Shown here one piece after another: positions 41,660 to 57,445 of a DNA stretch of 64,000 nt; the stretch's first letter is position 1, and each line of letters opens with the position of its first letter. Made by a program: the position numbers and the translations under genes. The stretch is taken from contig CM097885.1 of NCBI GenBank assembly GCA_044892525.1, forward strand, positions 36,644,001-36,708,000. The letters are read 5' to 3'. The notes under the pieces were generated by a model, which saw only the letters and a list, made by a program, of their open reading frames with translations, searched no databases and was not told where the DNA came from. Source of the stretch: Schmidtea polychroa. Its lineage: Eukaryota.

Positions 41660-43261
41660 TTATAATACATACCTCAGAAAATGTGACTGAATTAAGACAA
41701 GTAGTACTTTAATATTATTAAACCTACATTTTCTATTTTTATTTTCTTATTCTTGATTTATATAAAATAATATTATTATTAAATTTATATTTTGGTTTCA
41801 GCCTTTATCTTTTTTTAATTCAATACTTTTCATATAAATGTTTCTAATTTTATAGATGAAAAAACAATACCGTGTACCTTATATATTGTTTTGATTTAAA
41901 GTCATATAAATATTAATATGAAAATTACTGAAGTATTATTATTATAAAATAACATTTATCTTTTTCATTTACTGTATCTTTATCGAATTAATATTGTGTA
42001 TATGAATTTACAATTTTGTATTATTTGTGAAAATAAAATAAAAAATAAATTTTTGTTATATTACTAAAAATATAATTATAAAAATCATAATAAAGATTCT
42101 GCCAAGCACTAAGCACATTATTGTTGCACGTATTTGTTGTTTATTTTGATAAATAAATTTGTTTTTATAAGCTTAGAAAAAATCCTACCTTGTTCTATTT
42201 AATTTAAATTTTTGCCATACATTAAAATTTTCCATTTAATTGAATTATTAATTTATTACAAAAAGATTCTAAATCAAAAAATAATAATAAATCGAATAAT
42301 ATTATTTAGTTTTTATGCCTAATTTTATATTAGTCACTAATATTTTTATTTGAAGATTTTATACAGTTGAGATAGTAAATTTTAAATGTACACATTTTAT
42401 TAATTATTAGTATTTAACAAAACGACATAAAGGTTGAATGTACTGGCAACAAGAAAAGTATGATTTACGTATGATAGAATTTGCAAATGGGATACATGGG
42501 ATACTGATTAGAAATGGAACGTCCAAAATCTACAAATAGAAAGTTGCTATTTTATAGTAATTAAAATAAAAAATTACGGAATGGTTGATGCGAAGGTTTT
42601 CTGGAATTATATAGTATATAGTATTGGGTACCCGGCGGAAAGATGATTGACTAAAATTGAAGATGGCTATCATACTATTTAAAATGATCTTTCTACTTTT
42701 ATAAAATTAATTCTTTTATGGATATTAGTTCGATTAAAAATATGTTTTTCTCCCTAACATTAAAGAAATACTCAGTAAGAATCTGTACAATCAGAAAAAC
42801 ACCATGGAGAAGCCTTCAATACTTAATATTATACATTGAATTTCATTTAAAAGATATTATTATTATTATTATTCTTTAAATTAAAGGTTTCAAATCTCAT
42901 TATTCTTCCAATAAAAATGCAAACATATGTTGATTAACAGTTTCGTTCCTAATTAGATGGTTATGTGGAAAACACACTAATATCCTCATAATCATATACT
43001 AGTCAATTTGGGAGACATTTTCCGTCAATTAAAACGATTGAGAAACAATGCATATTTTAGCAATACATTAGCATACAGTAAACTCAACTTGCATCTTTGT
43101 TTTAAAGATAAAATGTTGTTGAAGCATTAAATTTACAAGAGGCAAAACAGGTTGAAGGCAGACTTCAGTTTCTAAAAAGTAATTAATTATTAATTAATTA
43201 TCTTCTATGAATAGGGCAACAATTATCAATATCGTCAGAGGTAAAAATCAAAAAGTAGTTC

Positions 43262-43300
<39 letters not shown>

Positions 43301-43482
43301 AATGAAGAAAAATGATATCAAAATTGAAGTAAACCTTTTCTATAATTTCAATTTAAGATCCTATGAAACATTCATTCAGTATTTTTTAAATTTTCAAAGC
43401 AAAAATAGTATATATTGCATTCATTTTATGCTTGTAACTATTTTTGCCAGTTTTTTGCCAATTTCTACCAATTCGATATTTA

Positions 43483-43579
<97 letters not shown>

Positions 43580-44399
43580 TTATTTATTTATTTACATTTA
43601 TAAAATCTACAGTACGAAATACAGCAAAATCGTTTTATTGCTTTGATTTATCATGGAAAGATATAATCTACTTCATTTTATTCAATTCCGTAAGACATTT
43701 TTCTTAGAAGTTTTAATTAAAATTCTCCTCCGAAAAGAATAGATGGATTTTAGGTTTATTAGTACTGATTTAAACAATTTATCTTTAATTTCCTTTTTGA
43801 AAATAAAAATCATGAAAACTATTATAAATTATATGAATAATTAAATAAAATTAATTCGTTCGAAAATTATTCAGATTTAATCATGCATTAAGAAATTAAT
43901 AAACGAAAGTGATTATGAAAAAAATTATTATGAAATAATATTCTACAAGTTATTCAGGACGCTTAAGGCATTGAATAAGTCACCGTGAATAATTCGAGAT
44001 AAGCAAGAACTTATTATTATTTTATTATTATGATTTTTTATATTGAATTACACTAACAGAAATTTCATTTTATGTTTCATTGAAAAGAAATTGGATTGAT
44101 TTCGGAAAAAAACGAGATAAAATGAAGGAATAATTTAGAAAGGAAAACGTTTTGAGGAAGTAGACGGATTAAAACAAATAATATGTAGATAAATAAATAA
44201 TATCAAGAAATAAAATAAAAAATAAAGAAATGTTAAATTGATAAAATAATTAATAATTAAAGAAAAATAAATTGATTTATAATCATTTAGAAAATAGATG
44301 AAATGTTAAAAAAAACTAAAACAGAATTTTACCTATTAAGTAAAGTGATTTAAGTAATCATTATATTTCGAATGCAAATACAAAGTCCCGCAAGAAAGG

Positions 44400-45446
44400 G
44401 TTTTCATATAAAACTAATAAAATAAACATAACATACACGAAAATGCGAGCAGCCATGTCATTGGACTAAGTCATCATATGCGGGAAAAGATCAAGTATCT
44501 CTTTGATGTCGACGACAGAGATCCGGAACAACACTTAGCAGTTGACAAAAATCCAAGTCATATTCACTATGCCAATTTTTCAGAGCGACAGAACACACGA
44601 TTTCCTCAGCGTCATCCCAGTGAATGTATTTACTCCTGATTCTAGAGACGTGCCTATTAAACTTGTTTCAGCAAATAACTGCAACATCAAAACGTATAGG
44701 TTCGAAGACACTAAATTTCAGGATTTCAAACATAGAGAAGAACTTTAAATGAAGCTTCATGGTGGCAGATGTAAGTTTGTGATTGACTGTATAAATGCTA
44801 AGATCTACGTTGCTGAAAATACGACAGAAGCCAGAGAAAGGACTACTCCGGAAAAAATTAACTCAGTTCTTCTTGAGCAGGCATTGGAAATAGAAACAGC
44901 ATGCCCACTAATTACACAATCAGCTAGACGCGTAAGCGGGAAGTATTTAGAAATGGAGGGAAAGTAATTTAATCGCAAAAGACATTTTTCGAGAAAGTAA
45001 AAGCAACTGGGCATCCCCATTGGTAATCCTAAGAAAATAAATCAAAATTGTAAACCATTCCTACCGAGCGAGGAATCTACTCACGCGGGGCTCAAACCCG
45101 AATCAGGAACCGCCCTCAAGCCTCTATATGACGACCATATAGGGTAATTAGCCGAAGTTCAAATCTTAAAACATTTGAAATTCAATTACCAACGAGGACT
45201 TTACGAATATCGGTAGACAAACTAAAAGCAGCCCATCTCCGAGAATCTAATAGATCACTCAATGGCCTCGGCGGAGGCTATGTAGACAAATTAATTGAAT
45301 AATTATTATAAATACTATATGTATTTATAATAATCTAATTATTTAAAATTTGTTTAAATATGTAATAAAAATAAAGATCCACAAATTCAAAAAGTGTCTT
45401 GCTTCTTTTAACTAAATAATGTATTCTGAAAATGACAACAACCACA
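44400..45446 (+). mobile_element. internally deleted Ty3/Gypsy retrotransposon remnant with PPT and 3' LTR
   Basis: protease-like SVIP...KLVSANNCNIKTY.../KNFK*SFMVADVS; RT start SNWASPLVILRK; integrase tail ISVDKLKAAHL; purine tract GGCGGAGG then TGTAG...ACCACA (45281-45446). Confidence 0.78.
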
Positions 45447-45789
45447 TCTCCTTTTTTTCAACATATTTCCGGTCCCCGGTCGGTTCAAGCCATTTATCCT
45501 GTATTGTATATTAGTTTGTTCAAAGTGACAAAATATTTTAATGAAGAAATTTGAAATTTTGCAGAAACATCCATTTAGGTTCATTATATATTTAACGAGA
45601 ATAACCTTTTTTTTAGAATTCTCTTTTTCAACACTTTGCTTGTTTTATTTTGAGTGACAATATTATCTATTATGAGAAGTTTTTGAAAACTGCCATCATT
45701 CTTAAAATTCAAGCTAACAAAGATATATTGTATGATAAAATAGGAGCAATTGAAACTGTTCTTCTTCTTTAGTTAAATAAACTTAATCT

Positions 45790-46030
45790 GACAACTGAAA
45801 AAAATGGTTTAATTTATTCACAAAATCTGCAAATTTGATTGGAATTAAGTAAAATGTCACCCATGTATTCTTCATTCCAACCAGGAACGCATTTATCGAA
45901 AGGACTTTCTCACTAATAAAAGGATTTTGGACTGATGACAGATGCAAGTTGAACTAGTTAACATATGATCAAAGTAAATTTCGACATGAATTTTGAAGAA
46001 TTCTTTAAATTTGTACAGTTAGATGTCCAA
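45790..46030 (+). mobile_element. hAT transposase C-terminal dimerisation domain remnant
   Basis: VFFIPTRNAFIERTFSLIKGFWTDDRCKL/MIKVNFDMNFEEF (SNAxxERxFS motif). Confidence 0.72.
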
Positions 46031-46444
46031 TTAGATTTTATTAAAAAGGCTTTAGAATAAATAACTTTTTATTTTAATAAATTCTTTATCCAATTATAAT
46101 CTTGAATAAAATGAGAAAAACTAGTGAAAATAAATTATCTGATTTTTACAAATTCTCCAGGTTTCTCTCCTTGACCCACTTTGGAACGCACTTCACTGAA
46201 ACCTAAGTAGATATATTACTTAGTATTTTTAAGCCGGCTCTTCACTTACATTTGTGGTTATCTTCGAGAGTTTGATCTTTTACCTGATTTCTAGAAACAA
46301 ATTGTAAATTTCTATGTTAAAAAAGAATAATTTCTGTTTTGCAAAGCCTTGCCATAAAATGGTCAGCTGAGATATTTGAATTTAGAAATAGAACAGAAAA
46401 TTTATTAAAAGAATTTTATATTATATATTAATAAACTTATTTAC

Positions 46445-46620
46445 TCTATATTAACTTTGCCGATGTATGTATATTTGTATGTGAGGTCAAATTAACCTAC
46501 TTTCCATAATCGGATTGAGCTGAAATTTGGCAAGTAGATTCGTTGTCGAGAACACTGCATGCTATCAATATTTCAGATCGATTCGGGTTAATTTAAAAAA
46601 TATTGATATTTCAAATTTAG
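46445..46620 (+). mobile_element. non-autonomous Helitron-like 5' segment
   Basis: TCTATAT start, (TGTA)-rich tract, CGGATTGAGCTGAAATTTGGCA core typical of invertebrate non-autonomous Helitrons; no 3' end found. Confidence 0.45.
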
Positions 46621-47064
46621 TGTTATTTCCTTATTTCAATATAAATTCTTATCTATTCATTACCTTCGGATTAAAGAAATAACTTAATTACATCTAAAAT
46701 ATATTGAAATTAAGAGTGAAATATAGAGAGTATTTCAAAAACCATGTTTTTTATTTTAGATTTTTTATAAATTATATTTGTTGTTTTATCATTTATTAAT
46801 TCAATTAATCTCCAGTATTTCAGTTTTATTTATGGCAAAATAATCAAGATTCCACGATAAAATACAAATTTGCAATAAAGTCTATTAATTTTCAATAATA
46901 ATAAATTTATAAAATTCCGAGATTTTTTAATAAATATTTATAAATTATTTGATTCTAATTTCATCAAATAAGTATTTTAATTATTTTTTTAAATAAGAAA
47001 ATTATTAGAATTATTAATCTCATTATTTTCTATAATTTATTATTTTGTTTTAATTTACTCGTAG

Positions 47065-47366
47065 ATTTCAGTGGATCTAGCAAATTACTATCGAACGATA
47101 TCATCACGATGGGAAAATATGAAACTGAGAAATTCAGTCGGTATTTCACTGGATTTATGATGCATTTTACATTTAATGGAATAAATTATTTTGAACTCGC
47201 AAAAGAAGAATCACCTTCAAATATCGAAGTCACCGCCACAATTGGTGATGCTGAACCGACGAAAGAATTCCCAATCTCTTTTCCCTCAGTCAACTCTTAT
47301 ATTCGACTGCCGAAAATCGATATGTATGGAGATTTTAAATTAGAATTCTTAATTAAAACAAGAAAT
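47065..47366 (+). CDS. nrxn: alpha-neurexin exon, end of LNS4 and start of LNS5
   Basis: cgtag| ... |gttagt; (N)FSGSSK...YFTGFMMHFTFNGINYFEL...FPISFPSVNSYIRL...LEFLIKTRN matches NFIGHLQSLTFNGMAYIDL...DPVTFKTKSSYVAL...FQFKTTS. Confidence 0.92.
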
Positions 47367-47828
47367 GTTAGTTTACAGAGTTTCGGTTTAATTTATCTTA
47401 TTAATATGTGAAATATAAAAAAAGATAGAATAATCTGTATTTTCTTAAAAACCGTTATGTTCGATCAAAGACAAAAAGAAAAGAAATGAGAAATTTTGCG
47501 TACTAAAATTTCATTAGGGCTTATAAAAATAAATTATTAAATTAATTAATTAATCGATTTATTTCAGAGGCTAACATGAAGTAACAAATTGATTTATGAA
47601 TTAAATTCAAGAAGATTTAGTAGAAATATTGTTGGAGCAAAAATAAAATATTAACAGAACTATTTAATAATATAGAACGGTGGTTTTCTCGTAGAAACAT
47701 CAATTTACAAAAATAATTGGTAAAAAAATTCATCCACTTTCCAAGTTTTAATTTCATTAAAACAAAAAAATAATTTAATTTAATATAATTTTTACAGTAG
47801 AATTATCTTATTTTTTACTTGTTATTAT

Positions 47829-48035
47829 TATTATTATTATTTAAAACAATAAAGTTATAATTTAAGCCTTTTGTTGCGAATAATGTATTTAATAAAATGA
47901 TTTTGGACTATAAGATAGTCCTTGCAAAAGTTTAGTCGGGATTTTTTCATTAAATACATTATTCGCAGCAAAAGGCTTAAATTATCACTTTATTGTTTTA
48001 AATAATAAATGCTGCTACTAAGAAATCATCACTTT
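47829..48035. mobile_element. fold-back 3'-end fragment of PLE family B, between (ATT)n tracts
   Basis: inverted arms; right arm ends ATGCTGCTACTAAGAAATCATCACTTT. Confidence 0.85.
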
Positions 48036-48036
48036 A

Positions 48037-48143
<107 letters not shown>

Positions 48144-49473
48144 GTAGCTTTCTTAGTAGCAGTAAAAATCAAATGTTAAATAAGAAAATGATAAAATTAG
48201 ACTTTTTTCTTCAAAAGTGTTTTAAATTAGATGAGAAAACTTTCGATTCTAAAATAATCATTTTCATGCTATAAAAAAACAGTTATGTTTTAATGTTTTA
48301 ATGCTTGCTGGTATATTAATTTTCTGCTCCTTTACTGGTTTAAATTTTATCAAATGAAATTTATAATCAAAATTAAACATTAACTTTAAAATTACTGAAA
48401 GCTTTCAAAAACCTTTCATTTTTAAAAAGTAATAACTTTAAAAATAATTCACTTTTAACATTTTGTATTTTAATTGTTAATTTTAATAACTATTAAATAT
48501 TTTATTTACCTAAATTAATTTAATTAAAATTTATTATTCTTATTATTCAAAAATTATTAAAATAACTCTATTCACAAAGAAATATTTATGTACCAAAGAT
48601 CCAGAAATTCCTTAATCGATGCACCAAAGCAGAAGAAAACTGAATGCATCAAACGATATCCAATAAAAATTTAAATCATAATAACTACGATGTCGATTAA
48701 CCCAGAAATTTAATTAAACAAAAGAAAAAATATTATAAGGTTTATTAAATTGATATAGTGTGTGGTATCTGATCACAAGAGTCCAGAATACTGCCCGAGG
48801 AACGACCTCAAGCGTACAAAAAAATAACTGCTTGAATTAAAACATTCATCATTGTTATTCCTGTAAACATTTTTATTGTCATAATTGTCAACATTTGAAT
48901 TTTCATTCTCATAAAACTTCTCCAATATAATTTGAGTCATGGATCTTCTGTCAGCTTTGGAAATATTGAAAAGAATTTATCGATCAGATACAAAAGATTT
49001 AACATGAACAAAAATATCCTTAGAACTACTATCATTGTCAACACTTATGAATCCATATCCACTCTTTAAGTTACACCATTTCATAATCAAAAACGTAAGT
49101 TATTAAAAATCTTATTCTCAAAAAATTCGCGAAACTCCTTTTAAAACAAGAATCCCTTTAGAACAAAAAAATAAATCAATTACTTATAAAATATCAAATT
49201 CAAGAGACCTGGCCTCGCGTATGTCTGCGCAACCCAACAGGAAAATTACAAGCAATATTAAATGCGCATCCAGACACAATCCATAATTAAACTCAGGATT
49301 GACCAATTGTATTTATTAAAAAAGTGACTATGAATCAGTAGAGCAGTACTAATTCATAGTCAATATTTTAATAAATACTTCACTGACCAGCTTGACTACA
49401 AAATCCTCAAAATACTAAATTAGTTAAGCGAAAAGAAAATATAGTAGAAGGATGTGAGCCCGTCAGATACAAA

Positions 49474-50300
<827 letters not shown>

Positions 50301-50663
50301 TTAGTTTCTATGTATTATAAATGGATCATTTTCCTTGTTTTATACATTTCATAACGTTTGCATACCTTACATTAAAAATGGTCAATAGATGAAATTTTTC
50401 TATTGTTATTTAAAGGGTACAACAAAAAATATTTAATGAAATCACAAAGTATAATAAAATAAATACCCAAATGGTCTGAAAATTAATATCAATTATTATT
50501 TAATGATTGTTTACTGCATTTTATGCCAGTAGGTGAGAAAATACTATTAACCTTTAAGTAAAAATAATTAACCGATTTTTATGAAAATTTCAATTTATAG
50601 CAAATAAAGCATGCTGATTCGATCTATATTAAAAATAACATGTAAAAATTAATTTTGAAAAAA

Positions 50664-50745
50664 GTCGCCCATACTTGGAATTGAACCTCATACCTAATTT
50701 CAAAACAAAAATCAAAAAGTAAATTCCCACTTAGCCATCAGTCCC
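50664..50745 (-). other. tRNA-derived SINE head or tRNA pseudogene
   Basis: minus strand A box TGGCTAAGTGG (50737-50727) and B box GGTTCAATTCC (50687-50677), then a T run; no cloverleaf. Confidence 0.5.
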
Positions 50746-50749
50746 ACAA

Positions 50750-50842
<93 letters not shown>

Positions 50843-51169
50843 TTATATCAATCAAAACACGATTACTTATAAAAATTGCTTTTGAAGCAATCAGATTTCA
50901 ATTACTAATAAAAATAATAATAAATTAGGGTTATATTTTGTAAATAAGTAAATGAAAAGGGTAAATTTTAGAACTAACTAATAAATTTAGAAAGTGAATG
51001 AAAATTGATAGTAATAATTAAATTAAAGTAAATTATGGGCCTAAATTTTTAATTAAAGTAATAATTTTTAATCTATTATAAAAAAGTTTGAATGATAGTC
51101 AGGTTTAGAGAAATGAAAATTTTAATGAAATAATTTTTAAAGATAATTTAGATGCAAATTTTACAAATA

Positions 51170-51204
<35 letters not shown>

Positions 51205-54200
51205 TATTAATAAAAATAATAATAATAAAAATATTTTTATTGCTAAGTATTAATAATGTAATTATATTTGAATATTTTTTATTCACGTATAACAATTAAT
51301 TAAAACAAATATAAATAATATTATTAGATTAAATTAATTAAAATGGAATCGAGAAATGATGCAGTATATCAAATTATTGATCCAAGGGCTGTGGGAAAAC
51401 ATTATTTGTTTGTAAATCATTACAATCAAATATGTTTAAGTCAAATTTAAAAGGTCAACCAAATACTTACAACCAAATACTTACAACTATGTACTTCTAA
51501 CAAACAGCTAGATACCAAATACTAAGAACCAGATACTTACAATCAACTAAATATTCTTAGTTGTATTTTATGAAATGCTTTTTAAATTAATTTTTTATCT
51601 GTCTTCAAAAATATGTTTAATTACAATCAGTAGAAAAACCTTTTCAAAATGTCTAAATTTAACAAAAATGATGATTTTCATCAAATATGAATGAGAATAA
51701 TTGTCAACTCAAGTCGTTAAAAACACCTCATGGAATTGAATATAATTTAAATTATTAAAAATTTAAAAATTGTTTACTTTGAAAAAACTTGAAACTTATT
51801 ATAACTTTTAGTAATTTTTTTGATATATTTACTGATTCATAGTCAAGCCATTTAATAAATACAATGTCAATGGAAAAGAAATCAGTGGTGAAAATTAAAA
51901 CAGTTCTTATAATTATTTATTTATTATATCATTTAGTATCATTAATTATATTATTTTTCTTTTTCAGAAAGAATTTGTACATGATTCCTGTGTAATATAA
52001 AATAATAATTATATAAATTATTAATTAGAAGATTATAACACATTTCTTATTAGACATTTGTTTGGATTAATTTGTAAATTTTCAATAAATGAACTTTTTA
52101 TTGAATTTCAAACAAAAACATCATTGAAAATAAATATTAACGAATTTATGCTCTGACAACACTCGTGATTTGTCAAATATTTCCCCTTGATATTTTTTCA
52201 TCAAATTTCAAATTTTGACAAAACTGATTGGGACATAAGTGCAAAGTAAATATTTATACACATGGTAATGCATAAACAATTTCATATTTTTATTTTCAAA
52301 AATTTTCGTTTTTATTGAGAAGCTAAGTTCTAATTTTTTTGAAAAAAATTTACAATTCTGGTAAAATTAATTGAAATTAATTTAGACAAATTAGTAAAAC
52401 AAAAATTTCTTATGATCTTTCGGAAGTTCTTGTTCGAAATTATATCATTTACATAACCTTCGCTTATTTTTGTAAAAATTAAAGAGTTTTTTTTCAATTG
52501 TTATTTAATTATTTCTTTCATGGCTCGTGAACATTTTTGAAGATATGGCATGTTTGTCTTCATTAATGTTACTCTTCTTTATTATAAGACTTAATATTTT
52601 GTTTTCTTCCACATTTCATCGGTGCTGATTTCATTAAAGAGAATCAGATCATCATCTAATATAAAAAGTTATTATTTCATGTTATATATGACATTAAATT
52701 AAATCAACTTATTTGTTTTAAAAAATTCTCAAATTTAAACAAAGTGGTTTTATTTTTTTGTTTTAAATTTAAGTATGAATAATTTTCATTTTCTTATATT
52801 TTAATTCTGTCATAAATATCCATGGTTCTTAACATGAGTACATGTACATTTTGGAGTTAGAGAGAAGCTTCTAAATATTTAATGTAAACTATCGCTGCAT
52901 GCGATATCCTAGTTAAAGGTACGTATTCTTTTAAGATTGTATTTACCAGTAAATGCAATAGAATTAATAAGAAATTAGGTGAGACACGCACGTTTACATA
53001 TAGAATATATACTATATGTAAATTTATTTGTATTTTTAAAAAAAAATATCTTGAAATAGATATAAAGAAATATAAACACATTTTTCAAGAGTATGTGATA
53101 ACAATTGTTTAAATTAAAGTTAAATGCTTATCACTAAATAATTTAAGAATATTTGATAACAATCATACTATTAAAAAATAATAATCACAATATATGCTAT
53201 ATTATGATTATTAATAAATGTATTGAACGAATTGGTTGTGATTATATCATATAAAATGAACAAATTTAAACTTAGTAACAAAGTAAGGGAGAACGATACG
53301 AATTTTGCATAATAAAGGGCAATTAATCCCAACTCAAAATTAAATAGGTTAAGAAAGCCAAGCCACATACGGGAGGTACGAATTATACCAATTGGGAGAG
53401 GAAAACCGATCAACCTAAGTGGAAAATGAAAGAGGGGTACCATCGTAATTGCTAGGAAGTTGCTGCGGTGTGTCTGATCACCATACCAATATACGCAACA
53501 ATTGTACTGCAATATTTACTGCAACTTTTGCATAATTTTTAACTAGTCAATTTAAACCAAAGACCGATTTGACAATCAATTTTATTTGTATATTACATAA
53601 TCCAATACAATTTGTAAGTGATTACAAAAACTCTACATTTATAATTTTAAAAATATCACACTTAATTTTTAAAATTATTATTCATTAATTAATTATTTCA
53701 ATTTTATAATATTATTAATTAATTATAATAAATAATATTATTAATTAATTATAATAAATAATATTATTAATTAATAATAATAATAAATAATATTTAATAT
53801 TAAATAATTAATAAATAATTTAATAAAATTTTACTGAAAGTTCAGTCCTCTTTGATTTGCTTCAGAAAATAACATGCAGATAAATTGTAAACAAATCGTT
53901 TTGTTAGGTTTATTTATGGCCGTTATTTTCCTGATATCGTAATTAAAATAATAAATTTTAATATTACAAAATTTCTTAAGGGTCATTGAAGGTATTTGAA
54001 TCTTCGTTTAAATAATTAAAATGAATAAAATAACATTTTATATGGAAAATGTATATAAAAAAAGTTAGAATAATTAAAGGTTTTTCAAAATTTATGTTAA
54101 ATTCTGTCATTTGAGGATTTTGTTATCATTATATTATAATCTTATGACAATTTTATTTCAATTATATGTAGTTTCTAAAAATTTCTTTTAATATTTTTTG

Positions 54201-55859
54201 GTCTTTTTATAAATACAATAAATAAATATTTATTTTATTTTTATTTTTGAAAGTTTTAAAATTCTCAAATTTATTTTAATTATCATTTGATAGTGAAAAA
54301 TCAATTTTCAGAAAACATCGTAATTTTTATTCACCTTTTCACTATTAGCTTTAATTTTGAGAATTCATAATGAATAAATTTGTCCATTGTCTCTTGAAAA
54401 CTGGTAAAAAATTTAATTCCACATTAAACCCAATAGAAATTTTAATTTGTTTTAATTAATAAATGATAAATAAAATTTTTAAAAATTGCTTCGTATCCTT
54501 TTTCTTCATCATAAAGTCAACTAATAAATGAAAATTTACATCACAAAATGATTTTCAAATCATTACGAAAGCTTAGAAAAAATATATTGTAGAAAAATTA
54601 TAAAAATATTTTCTATAATAAAATAGCCAAAATTTATTTTAATTGACAAAATAATGAGCTAGGTCGTAAAATACTGATTTATGATGTTTTCTTATTAATT
54701 TTCCGATAAGAGCGTTCAAAAATTATTTATCTTACCTCTTTAATTTCTAAAACATACTAATGAGAAAAAATTCACCAATTCAATCTGAGCTATTAATGCT
54801 GTAAAAATCTTATTCTACGTTTAATTATATTTAAAAATATAAAATGTCTATTAAATTTTATGATATCATTGTCTAACTAAGAGATTTTATGAGAAAATCT
54901 TTTAATGCATTTAAAATTTATTTTTCATATATAACAAGCAGCTGAAATTAAAAATAACATAAAATAATAAAAATATTAATGGCAAATTATTAAAAGTTTC
55001 GTTAGGAAAATTAAATATTTGATTTTATTATTTTGTTTTCCATTGTTTTAATGTATTACTAGTAAACTATTTGTGTAAGTAATTGTGAAAAAGGTTTTAC
55101 TCAAAAACACATATTTAAGCTGAAAAGTGAAAACTATTAGATAGAGTTATAAGAACTTTTTTGAATTATCACCATTGATTTCTTTTCAATTGACATTGTA
55201 TTTATTAAAAGCTTGACTATGAATCATTAAAGATACTAAATCAATATTAGATAGAAAATATCAGGATAAAGAAGTTAGTGAGTAAATATTTAACATAGTA
55301 TAATAGTTTGGCAAGGAATATTTCGCCAAATTAAGAAACTTATTCATCATCGGAAAGAGAAAAATTAATTTTGAAAACATGGCAAAATATTCATTCTCCT
55401 AGAAGCTTTATCATAAAATTATTACTGTGTATAACCCTAATGAAATAGATAAAAATTATAAATTTATTAAATTTTTATATGAAATCATAAAATTGCATTC
55501 ATCAATGTCAACACGAAATGGTTCAGAAATGACATATTGAAAAGCATGAATTTAGGAAAGTTTATTTCAATTGCCCATTTACAATTGCACCGTTTGCATT
55601 GTTAGTTGTTTGTGTCATTCATAAAATATGACGTTAAATATAATTTTAATATTGTTGTGAATACTTTCCCATGCCAATCATCAGTCGAAAACTATTAATA
55701 AATTGAATTTTGCATTTTGCTGTAAATATTTATTCATCGCGATTAAAATTAAGAAACATCTGTGTCTGAACATGTTTTTGGTTAAGTTTCCTTTTTAAAA
55801 AGTTTATTCATATTTCTAATTTATTTTATGTATTTATAATAATAATAATAATAATTATG

Positions 55860-55942
<83 letters not shown>

Positions 55943-57120
55943 TTGCAATTATATGAACCGAAAAGAATATTTAATGAGAATCTATTGTGGCGTAGAAGAA
56001 ATTATACCAATATATTAAATTATTTAAATGTATATATTTTGTAAAATCAGTAACATAATTCATTTTTAGTTATAGAAAATGTTATATACAAAATAATTTT
56101 TATTGTAAAAAATGTTTTTTTAATTACAATTTTTTTTTCTGTAACTTTCCGTATTAAAATAAATCGGTTTAATGATATATATATAGAAATATTCGATTTC
56201 AATTTTGAATTAATATTAATAATTGACTGTTTTATCTTTCTGTTAAATTTCATTTATTTTCTCAATTGGGAGAAAGCTATATCTACAATATGTCAGTGGA
56301 AATGGGTTGTGAAATATTTATACCATTCACTGATAATGGGCTCCCGTTGTCTGTTATGGTTTACTGACTTATAATTGTTAGCTTTATCTGATATCGTTTA
56401 TAATATATGAGAACATTTATCATTACATTATTTCATGTAATTACAGACTATTCAATTTCTTTTCCAAAATAAAACACCAAATAATTATAGCTTTATATGA
56501 TTTTTTGTTCTTCTTTTTGATAGGTTTGTCTGTATTTTCTAAACAAATTGATCAGGCATCAAAGGATTTTGTTCATTTTGTTTTTGTCGCCAGGGTGTTT
56601 CCAGACGCTAACCTTCGGAAAAAGTTCAAATATTTTTGTATTAAAACTGTCGCATAATTTTCAAAATACTTTCTAAGATGAATAAATTGTTCATGAACAA
56701 AACGATTAAATTATAAAAAAGCATAAGTTGCATAAATCATTCAATAATCAGTTGACAAAATAATTAAAAATTATCCTTATAAATGAAATTATTTCAATAT
56801 TAAAATAAGATTAAATTTTAAGAAACAAAATAAATTAACTAATATTAATTAAATTAATTAATTTAATATTTTCAGTATAGATTTAGAATTTAGTGTTATC
56901 ATATCCAGTTTATTAAATTACAATTATCATTTGTCATAATTATTTTGGAATTTGCATCATGATTTTATTAAACCTTTATCTGCTCATATTCGATTTTAGA
57001 AAAGAAATTAGTATCGACACTTCCATGCTTTTAACTTTCGTATATTTTAGCCTTTTTTGTCGATGAATTTTATCTTTACATTTAAATAGTATTGCAAATA
57101 TTAATAGTGATAATAATAGC

Positions 57121-57355
<235 letters not shown>

Positions 57356-57400
57356 CAATAAAATGATAATTTAAGCCTTTTGCTGCAAATAATGTATTTA

Positions 57401-57445
57401 AAGAAAGAATTTTCGACTATAAGATAGTCCTTGTCAATCTCCTGG
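57401..57445 (-). ncRNA. hammerhead-like motif with U3-A8 core variant (left arm)
   Basis: aggaga-TTGACAA-g-gactat ctt atagtc-GAAA-a-TTC-tttctt; 6-bp stem I including G-U pairs, 6-bp stem II. Confidence 0.55.

Noticed and set aside
44184..44400. TGTAGATAAA as the 5' LTR of the Gypsy remnant
   Set aside because: Matches the 3' LTR for only about 10 nt; no primer-binding site recognised.
48757..48800. Possible gag zinc knuckle (CVVSDHKSPEYC)
   Set aside because: Spacing does not fit CX2CX4HX4C and no supporting ORF.
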